From Octopus vulgaris (taxonomy: Eukaryota), in assembly GCA_951406725.2 (NCBI GenBank), contig OX597823.1, positions 82,212,001-82,276,000 on the forward strand: DNA of 64,000 nt, in the 5' to 3' direction. The translations under genes were made by a program, and so were the position numbers. Shown piece by piece: positions 51,415 to 64,000 of the stretch. Each line of letters starts with the position of its first letter. The stretch's first letter is position 1. The notes beneath the pieces were generated by a model. That model was given only the letters and a program-made list of their open reading frames with translations, had not been told where the DNA came from and did no database searches.

Positions 51415-53760
51415 CCAAACCTGACTAATATTAATTTAATAGATAAGTGGGAGAGGAGGGTGGGGGGAAACGCAAAAGGTGACTTGAGTAGGATTTGAAC
51501 TTAGAACGAATTAGGTTCACGATTAAATGACGCAAAACCTTCAGTTAGACGCCCTGTCAATTCATTGTCATTGGTATTACTACATTTTTTTAAGTAACAA
51601 ATCTTGAATCCTTCTGCAATCAGTTAATTCCATCCGTATTAGAAGAATATGATTTGAAATCAGTGAAAGTAACCGTTGACACGTTCGTGATGTTTTTCGT
51701 CTCTACCAACTGACAAGCTATCGCAGTTTTGTCACAATTAATCAAATAGAAATATTTCCTTTTTTAACCAGATATTTTTCCTTGAAATGTCAAAACAGCA
51801 TATAATTACGTCACTATAGCGACAGAGCTTTATTCTGATCATAAGATTTCAAATAGACGCTACAAATGTCAATTTGTTTTCCCACGAATGAACAAGCTAC
51901 TTACTTCATGCTAATTATACATTATCCTCTTTCACTAAACGACACAGTTGCAGGGCTACTTAGAAACATGTTACTTGCCTCTCTGTGAATAAGTGATAAC
52001 ATTTTTTCATATCTCTCTGAAACAAAAAAAAAGAAAAGAAATAGAGGTAAAAGTACTGGAGAAAGAAAGAAATAATATTTTTTAAATGTTGAATGTGAAG
52101 TTGTATTTAATTTTACGCTGCTTAAATCAGAGAAATAGTTTAAAGAAGAATGTAAAGGTTGCTTAGATGCTATATTTGATTACCAAGGGTAAATCCATTG
52201 TAAACGTTTCATTGTACTTCTAAGCTGTTTACTACGAATTCTAGCTGCAACTATTAACTGACCTGTGAGGAATAAGTAACCAAATATGTTAGAAATATCA
52301 TTTTTAATATACTGTACTTTCACCAAAGAGGAAATTTATCTGTTATTTTTTAACTTGATACTGTCCGTTGATATTAAATGGAATTTTATGAAGAAGTCAC
52401 ACCAAATATAGTTTTAAATGGAAATACTATCCTAATGTAGGAAATAAAGCAAAATGCCATCTTTGTACAATTGAAACTCATGAAATCCTATTGGCTCTGT
52501 TATATTATTTTCTATTGCTTTGGTGGTTGTTTTTAAGCAACAAGACGGGTAAGGGTGATTAGGTGATGGTTTTGGGAGACCCCAGACTTTGGAAAAAAAA
52601 ACTTTCATCGTCTTGTTGTAGTCGAGGGCTCTTCGTTGATGCCCGACACCACTGGGAGGTGGTCCTGGAAGTCGCTGGAAATGGAGATCTCCACGTCCAA
52701 ATTCTTGAACGACTTGCTTTGGTAGAGAACTGGCAGGATATTATGCTTAATACTAATTCTTCGAGTTTTACAAAACAGCTGATGTCAGCTTTGCCTTTCA
52801 TCCTTTCAAAGGAGGTAAACTAACCCCCTTCTCTATAATTGCTGTCCTTGTTCCTTTGAAAGATTATTTTCAATTGTTTTGTTATGATGTTATGACGTCC
52901 ATATTGCTTCTGTAGTGGAAAATGGAGGACATATTTTATTTATTCGCATGATTTTATACTTTTAAGTGTGTGTATAGATTACTTAATGTTGATAGCAGAG
53001 TAAATGAAATTTTGTAACGCTATTGCCTTTCACATACGCTTTATATCGCGTACTAGCAGAGACACCTGGCGTTGCTCGGGATTAAAATGGCACAGCTTGT
53101 ATATAATATATTACAGTTATGTTGAAACAAGTAACCTTTTTCAGCGAGGCGGGGAGGGTCTTCTAAATTTTATGGTGTCTGTTCTTTCTTTTTCTTTTTT
53201 CTTTCTTGTGGTTTTGGTGTCTCTATGGGGGTGGGTGGATCTGGGTGGTCTTGAGTGGGATAGAGTTGGACTGGGGTACTACATCATACTCCGACCATTT
53301 ATAAGATGAAATAAGAGTTTTCGTTAGGAAAAAATAAATATTAGCTGTTAGGAAAAAATAAATATTTGTCTATCATATTCTACTTCTTAATAAATTGTTA
53401 TTTGAGTTATTTTTCAAATCTGTGGTTTGTTTTCTGGTCTTAAAAACAAACACACGTTCATGTGTATGTGTAAATATATGCATACATGCACGCGCACATT
53501 TAATTTATTGACCAGGTGGTGCCATAGAATTATGCAAATATCTCAAAACTTTCTATTATTTCTTTAAAGGCCAGACTAGCCTTTGTAGAAATACAAGAGA
53601 ATATTAAAAAGATGTGTACAGTTGTAATGCATCATCTGGTTCATAAAAATAAATATTGACTTTGCATTTATAAAGCATTAAAACATGTTCTAGATCTATA
53701 TTTATATAAATATGCCCTTACATAAACATATGTGTGTGTATATGTGCATAATATGAATGT

Positions 53761-53791
<31 letters not shown>

Positions 53792-53825
53792 TTAAAAAAG
53801 GAGATGTGGAACACGAGTTGTGATA

Positions 53826-54065
53826 TATAAAAAAGGAAATGAAGCAAATTCTGACAAAATAAGTTAAGTAATTTAAGTAATTTAATTAGATGAAAGTTCT
53901 TTTTACCGGTTGCGCATTTGTTATGCTTATCAAAAGTTTTTTCCTCTTAGATAAGAGGAAAAAACTTTTGATAAGCATAACAAATGCGCAACCGGTAAAA
54001 AGAACTTTCACCTAATTAAATTACTTAAATTACTTAAATTATTTTGTCAGCATTTTCTTCATTTC

Positions 54066-54072
<7 letters not shown>
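53826..54072. repeat. Near-perfect ~250-bp palindrome between (TA)n tracts carrying a degenerate hammerhead
   Basis: Arms of about 120 bp around a 2-nt loop at 53950-51; cttt-TTGATAA-gcat-aacaa-atgc-GCAAC-cggta-aaaag. Confidence 0.9.
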
Positions 54073-54108
<36 letters not shown>

Positions 54109-54111
<3 letters not shown>

Positions 54112-54794
54112 CAACAATTGAGGGTAAAATTAATTAATTATTAATCAACTTCACCAAGTATTCAGTATGTAAAGGGACCATTTTAGGCGAATTCAAAATA
54201 TTACATTATATATAAGGTCTTAGTAAAATAACTTTGCCACATACTGAACTCATTAGAAATAGCAGCTAAAGAAATTTCTTCAGCTATTTCTAATACTTAA
54301 TGATTAATTAATTTTACCCTCAATTGTTGAAATTATAATTCATCTTTCTCTGTTAAATGCTGCGGTTTTCACCGTTAATACATGGTGTTTGTCAATTTTA
54401 ACCCACGCTGGTGGAAAGGGGAGAGCAGAAATTCTTCGCTTGCATATTCGAATTTGGTAGCACTTTTAGTTCGAGCAGAATTCTAGAAGTGATAAGAAGC
54501 CGAAAGGGTATGCTCCCGACTTTCAGTGTTCCCAAATCCGATTCAAGGAATTCTGAGCTGACGAAAGAAATGTCGAATTGACTAATCTAGAAACGTACGT
54601 TCTCAAATAACCTTTGCACTTGATTTTTTAATGTTTTTTCCCCCATACCTTTGTGAGTTGGTTTAGGCAAACACTATCTGAGAGAGATCTTCTTTAAGTA
54701 TTAGAAATAGCTGAAGAAATTTCTTTAGCTGCTATTTCTAATGAGTTCAGTATGTGGCAAAGTAATTTATTTTACTAAGCCCTTATATATAATG

Positions 54795-54800
<6 letters not shown>
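54109..54800. mobile_element. Element with interleaved inverted repeats between (TA)n tracts
   Basis: 54109-54144 pairs with 54297-54332; 54198-54300 pairs with 54694-54800. Confidence 0.85.
54554..54605 (+). ncRNA. Type I hammerhead ribozyme, intact core
   Basis: tgag-CTGACGA(54558-64)-a-aga-aat-gtcg-aat-tgac-taa-tct-a-GAAAC(54590-94)-gtac-GTT-ctca. Confidence 0.8.
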
Positions 54801-54851
<51 letters not shown>

Positions 54852-55280
54852 TATGTACAGTATAAATGTGTATATGATGGTTGTTTATCCGTTAGACTGG
54901 TACGACCAGTGCTGACTGGTAAGTGTCAGCTATGGCCGTGCAAAGACTTTAAGTCGACTGCAGCTTGTACAACACCACAATGACTTTCACTAACAATACC
55001 AAGAAGCCCAGATAAAAGCAAAGTCCATGAGCTCAGTAGAGCAGCGGTTATATACACGATTTAGCCTTTCCTTGAGGAATGCTTTTAAAAGACCAGTGCC
55101 CCACCTCACAATGGGCTTACTACGCTTTCGGACATGAGTATTTCAACGTACCGTCGCTCATATATATTATATAACTTACAATTGGCGCTTTGACAGGTGC
55201 TACTACTGCGGGTCAGACATACACACAAACACACACACACACACACACTTACACACTCACACACACACATATATATATAG

Positions 55281-55607
<327 letters not shown>

Positions 55608-55619
55608 TGTGTGTGTATG

Positions 55620-55775
55620 GCGAACTTCTTTCAGTTTCTGTTTTCCTAACCGGCTCATAGGGCTTCATTTGACCTGGAGCTATAGAAATAATTGACTTAG
55701 GTGTTACACACCACGAACCTGGGACCATGTAGTTGGAACCCAGCTTTTACCACACAGCCACACTACCTGCACCCT
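55620..55775 (-). mobile_element. SINE family A, degenerate 5' half
   Basis: cttctttcagtttc...gctatagaa...gaacctgggaccatgt...ttaccacacagccact. Confidence 0.65.
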
Positions 55776-56574
55776 ACAGCCGTTTATATACATATATTTA
55801 CACAGAGAGACACAAAAACAATTATATATATATATGTGTGTGTGTGTACACACTCACACAGCGCATACACACATGCATGTATATGACGTAGATGGTAAAT
55901 ATATGCGTGTGTAAATTGCTTTAGCGTTTAAAGTTTCTGGATTTTAAGTTTTCATGACATCTTCCTTTTAAATACCTTTCCATATTTAATGAGGAGATAA
56001 AGCTGATTGTCACATCATTTAAAAATCACAAGGCTTTGCGCGCATTTTTTTCTGAAATATCGGGAGAATGAGATAGATAAGTTGTGAAAGTTGTATTGTT
56101 TGAAGCAAGATCCCAATTTCAAAGGAAAAGAGGTTTGATGTATTTCCGAAAGAAAATGTAAATAAACGAAACATGCATCTGTCTGTGAGTCGGTGGTTGA
56201 ACTGTGTAGATATGAAAATCTTTGTCAATCATTCGAATGTCTTACTTTTAGATGTCTGAGAACAGCGACATATAGTCAGAGAAACATGGGCCCACCACGA
56301 TTGAATTGGTTTAACCATTCATTAAAAGTCCCGTCTTGCACGTTTTTCAGTTAAGTTCTTTGAAGAATATCACAAAGGAGATAATATCATAACGTCCAGC
56401 GGAATTCACTGGGATTTAACAGGATTGAAGCAACGTTGTTAGGCAGATGTGAGTAGCATGCAGTAGCTTCTAGTTCTAAGTATATTGAAGATCTTTTTTG
56501 CTTTGCAAGATACTAGACGTGAACTTCTGTGTCGGAACAGATTTTGTAGCATCTTGGGCGGGTCATTATACGAA

Positions 56575-56950
56575 TAATTAACACACACTCAGGTTTTATT
56601 TCCCTTCTTTATTTTTTTATTTGATTAGTGGTTAAATGTTTAACCAATTAACTAATCGATTGTTTGCTTAATTGTTCGGTCAATCAATCAATCAATCAAT
56701 AAACCAATCAGTTTTGTCAAAATTCTTTTGTCACCAATCACAATTTCATCAGTAACATGACATCTCTACTCCAGGTCTGTTTGAGATCTGTCTGGTGATG
56801 TCATAACGAAAGACGATTGAATTACTTTGACAAACCTAGCTGGTTGATTGATTAAACGGAAAATTAATCAAACAATTGATTTTCTATATGTTTAGCTAAT
56901 TGATTAAGTATAACAAAAGAAGTGAATATAGAAGCAGTGCGTGTGCTCAT
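56575..56950. repeat. Old degenerate fold-back (MITE-like) element
   Basis: aatcgattgtttgcttaatt...tcaatcaatcaa..cagttttgtcaaa versus tttgacaaacc..ctggttgattgattaa...aattaatcaaacaattgatt. Confidence 0.55.
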
Positions 56951-57067
56951 TATTGGGATAAGGACCCTCCTGTGTTGCAACAAACTACGTAAATCCTATG
57001 AAATATTAATAAAACCGAGAAACAGTTGTTCTAGGTGCGGATTTAGAAACTAATATTTCTTCACTTA

Positions 57068-57722
57068 AGATGGCAGAAAAGTTAACACACCGGGCGAAAT
57101 GCTTAGCGGTATTTCGTTATGAGTTCAAATTCCGCCGAGGTCGACTTTGCCTTTCATCCTTTAGGGGTCGATTAAATAAGTACCAGTTACGCACTGGAGT
57201 CGATATAATCGACTTAATCCGTTTGTCTGTCCTTGTTTGTCCTCTCTGTGTTTAGCCCCATGTGGGTAGTAAAGAAATAGGTATTACGTCTGCCGCTACG
57301 TTCTGAGTTCAAATTCCGCTGAGGTCGACTTGCATTTCATCCTTAAAAGGCGGCGAGCTGGCAGAACCGTTAGCACGCCGGGCGAAATGCTTAGCGGTAT
57401 TTCGTCTGTCGCTACGTTCTGAGTTCAAATTCTGCCGAGGTCGACTTTGCCTTTCATCCTTTCGGGGTCGATTAAATAAGTACCAGTTACGCACTGGGGC
57501 CGCTATACTCGATTTAATCCGTTTGTCTGTCCTTGTTTGTCTCATCTGTGTTTAGCCTCTTGTGGTTAGTAAAGAAATAGGTATTATGTCTGTTTTTACA
57601 TTCTGAGTTCAAATTCCACCGTGGTCGACTTTACCTTTCATCCTTTAGGAATCAATATAATAAGTACCAGATGAGCAAAGGTGTCGAACTTGTCGACCTT
57701 GTCTCTAAATTTGAAATCAATA
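57068..57722 (+). mobile_element. SINE family B tandem array (about 4 cores)
   Basis: Cores at about 57120, 57303, 57418 and 57603; two carry the tail ttgtc..ctgtgtttagcc..tgtgg.tagtaaagaaata. Confidence 0.9.
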
Positions 57723-58215
57723 TTACTTCACTTAAGTCTTTCCTATATTTTAATGTTATCGTATTCAGAAGTTGCTTAATATATAATACTTTCCTAGCAG
57801 GTGAATTCAATCCTTCCATTTGCCATTAAACGGAATACATTGGAATGCAGCTATACTGTTACCATTCTACCAGTTGTCACTATTGTAATTCTTTCCATTT
57901 TTTTTAATCACCAGCTTCTTTGCTGCTGTTCTTACTCTTCGCGCAGTTCCTGATCGTATGCTACTGCGACAGAACAAAGAGAATCACTAGCAAAAAAATT
58001 AGTAAAGCATTCTTATCGCTGGAACGAGCTGACATAGATTGAAATGATGTGATTAAACAAGAAGACACGTCAAAAGGTTAAAAGGTGGATAATTAGTAGA
58101 ACTAACATTTGCTTTGCGGAGATCGATCGCATTAATAGCCTATTTACAAATAAAAGAAAAACAACTCGTTTCTGGTTGCAAACTTATTTCGTTCTTACAA
58201 ACGTGTTAGATATAG

Positions 58216-58264
<49 letters not shown>

Positions 58265-58474
58265 GAAAGTATGAAAGACTGAGGTGACGTAGGTAGATGA
58301 CTCTGAATTTTATCCTTGCAGTGGGGCTGGTTTTAAAGTACCAGTCAATTACTAGAATCAATAAAATCTTTAAAAAATAGTGATGACGTACACCAATGTG
58401 GGAAATCAATATTTCGTTTCCTAACGGATTGTGAAACACATATCCGATACCCCAGAAGTCATTTGAACTTAGAC

Positions 58475-58566
58475 ACTCTATCGGTGTCTTGGGCCGAACC
58501 GCTAAGTGACACAGACGTAAACTCACCAATACTGGTTGTCAGGCAATGTTGGGGACAAACACAGAT

Positions 58567-58605
<39 letters not shown>

Positions 58606-58770
58606 CGACGTGCTTCTTTCAGTTTCTGTCTAACAAATCCACTCACAAATGCTTGGTCGGCCCGTGACTATTGTAGAAGACACTTGCCAATGGTGCTACG
58701 CAGTGGGACCGAACTCAGAGCCATGTTGTTGGGAATCAAGGTTCTTACCACACAAATACGCCTGTGCCTA
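58475..58770 (-). mobile_element. SINE family A, tail missing
   Basis: Matches the reverse complement of the 22272 copy. Confidence 0.8.
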
Positions 58771-58843
58771 TAATACACACAGATACACACACACATATAT
58801 ATGTACACACATACACAAATACAATGTCAAATGGTTCAAAGTA

Positions 58844-58900
<57 letters not shown>

Positions 58901-58920
58901 GTCTATCTATCTATCTATCT

Positions 58921-59910
58921 GCCAGGGCCCATGGACAACTTCCAGAGATCCCTGGCCTGGCAGTGCTACCGAGAAGCGCTACCCGTTCGGGATAAACTCT
59001 ACAGACACGGCTCGAGAAACACGGGGCCGACCTGCCCGAGATGCGGTCAGAGCGACGAAACCGTTCTGCACGCACTCGTTCAGTGTCCAACAATTTCCGA
59101 CCTGTGGGCTTATGTCGAACAACTGCTGTCACGTGTGGGACGAGTCGGTTTATCAGCTGAGTCTATCGTCAATATTGTCACGCCTCCTTCCTTCAAATGG
59201 GAAGGAAGAGCTATTTTCATAATCCTTGTGGCTATGGCGAAAGAATGTATCTGGTGGACGCGTCTGAAAGGATTGGAGACAAACACTTTCCTCTCTGGTC
59301 AATCTCTCATCAACTTCTTTAAGTACCACTTGAAAAGGAAAGTGAGAGTAGAGAGGCAAGTTTTGTCTAGCGAATGTTTTAAAAAAAGATGGGTGAATGT
59401 AGCAAGGATGGCACGTATGAATGACGAAGCCACCTTGAGCATAATCCTATGAACCCAGAAATTGAAAACAGAGGGTTACCCACTTGCAAACAAATGTGGT
59501 AACATATAACAATATTGACCAAGGTTACCGTGGTCTTTTTCGTAGGCTTTTCTTCCCACGGACAAACCTTACTTGCTTTCCCCTTTACACCATATATCAT
59601 AACACTGTGATACACGATCCCTATTGATCGTTCTTTTTTTCCTCTTCCCCCTTTTTTTCCCCTTTTTCTTCTGTTTTCATTTCTCTTTTCTCTTGTTCCT
59701 TTTCCTTTTTTTTTCTTTTTTTCTTTTTCTTTTTTATTTTATTTATTTATTTATTTATTTTTGTTCTTTTCTTCCCTTTTACGATCCCTCTTGATCGAAA
59801 ACCTACGCCACCCCACTTTGTTTTTTTGTTTTCTTCATCCCCCAAAAGAAAAGCTCTACCTTGTAACTTGTCCCATCTGTGTGCAGCCCTGTGTGGCCAA
59901 TAAAGAAACT
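58921..59910 (+). mobile_element. 5'-truncated L1/Tx1-type LINE: ORF2 C-terminal zinc-binding region and 3' UTR, inserted in (ATCT)n
   Basis: Open frame to 59452: ...AWQCYREALPVRDKL...CPRCGQSDETVLHALVQCP...LW...AKECIWWTR...F.KRW; T-rich UTR ending aataaagaaact; (ATCT)n on both sides. Confidence 0.88.
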
Positions 59911-59924
59911 TATCTATCTATCTA

Positions 59925-59955
<31 letters not shown>

Positions 59956-60711
59956 GTTTATCTTCTTAGTTATGGACATTAAATTTGTTAAAACCTCATT
60001 ACATCAAACATTATTTTACTCTTTTATATATTATAATATATATATTTTACACACACACACACGCACACATACACATGTATGTATGTATGCATGTATGTAT
60101 GCATGTATGTATGTATGTATGTATGTATGTATGTATGTATGTATGTATGTATGTATGTATATGTGTGTGTGTAACGGAGATATGCTTGCATCGCAAGGTT
60201 TTTGATCTGAGACAGCATACTGAAACTAAAGTGATTGTAGCGTGGAAGATATAAGTTAATCATTTCGAAACACAAAGAGCCACTTCACTTAAACATTCAT
60301 TTATATAGTATGGTGTCATATTTTTCGTTCCTCGAAACTAAGAGGAAAATTTTGACACCATATTGCAGATAAATGTTAACAGACTTTGTGTGCTTCTGAA
60401 TAGCTAACTTCATGGATGCATATACATTGAGAGATTACAAAAGCGAAGAAAAAAGGAAATATCAAATATATCGCTCATAAATTTGTCTGATGTGCATCAG
60501 GGCAAAATCTAGTCTGGTGATGGCGTAATCTTCCACTTTGTTTCAAGATATTTAAACAGGTACGGGTAACCGTTCCATATTCCATTATTGCTCTGTAAAT
60601 AGTTTCCAAGGTTCTTATTTTATTTATCCTTTTCTTTCATTTTACTCAGCAGTTCATACATAATCTATTTATTAAATAATTGGAAGAGGCAACTAAATTC
60701 ATTAGTATAAC

Positions 60712-60980
<269 letters not shown>

Positions 60981-61004
60981 AATAATAATAATAACAATAA
61001 TAAC

Positions 61005-63267
<2,263 letters not shown>

Positions 63268-63307
63268 TAATAATAATAATAATAATAATAATGATGATAA
63301 TAATTAC

Positions 63308-63353
<46 letters not shown>

Positions 63354-63766
63354 TTGATGATAAAAATGAAATAATTTTATTGCTGATCAACATACACTGC
63401 TAGTATTTTCAAATTAAAAACTTAAAATAAATATATCAGTGAATAAACTCAATTTGTAGAAATAAGTCGGTTAATCAATAGGCAAATTAATGAACTAATT
63501 AGTAAAGAAATAACAAATTCATTAATTAAAGTGGGGTGAGAAAAATTACAAGATTCTTACAATGATTAGAATGGAATCGCAATGTGGACTTTACTCACCA
63601 TGTTACATGGCTTGTTGCAGAATCAGCAAAATAACTCGTCGTCAAAAACTGGAAAGTAAACTATTTTATTTGCGAAATTAAATCATATAATAATTGTAGA
63701 GGAAGAGACAATTGAAAAAGATCTAAAACACAAACACACACACACACACACATACACACACACACG

Positions 63767-63831
<65 letters not shown>

Positions 63832-64000
63832 CACAAAAAATCACTAGAACCACCCAGCGAACTTCCACCATGGGTCATCACAATTGCTTAAGGTAAAAAT
63901 GAATTCCTCGCTCTTTCGGAAACATCAATCTTCTGTATTGACCGCTTTCCACCACTTTGATCTGTTTTTTGTATTGAATACGTATCGCCACCGTGGGCCA

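Noticed and set aside
57068-57722. CRISPR-like appearance of repeated units (also 44324-44808)
   Set aside because: Long diverged units without unique spacers, in a eukaryotic context with no cas genes
58649-59452. 267-aa ORF as a host gene
   Set aside because: The N-terminus is SINE plus microsatellite read-through; the rest is a truncated LINE ORF2

Overview
AT-rich, microsatellite-dense eukaryotic DNA, intronic or intergenic in character. I recognise the SINE families as octopus/coleoid-like, but this is recall and unverified. I found no host protein-coding exon that I can support. The window is a mosaic of decayed mobile DNA: three tRNA-derived SINE groups (about 30 copies), a CR1-group LINE 3' fragment, two R4/Dong-type LINE fragments in (AAT)n, a Tx1-type 3' fragment in (ATCT)n, two Penelope-like (RT thumb/GIY-YIG) fragments, a mariner transposase remnant and several MITEs. 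The strongest hidden signal is about a dozen minimal type I hammerhead-ribozyme motifs from several unrelated sequence families (CUGANGA...GAAA-short, often palindromic, stem III-UH). They lie in Penelope-type termini or in short fold-back elements embedded in (TA)n/(CA)n tracts. Two SINE tails also match the 3' ends of LINEs present in the window (CR1-group and Tx1-type). All structures were read by eye, and coordinates of degenerate elements are approximate.
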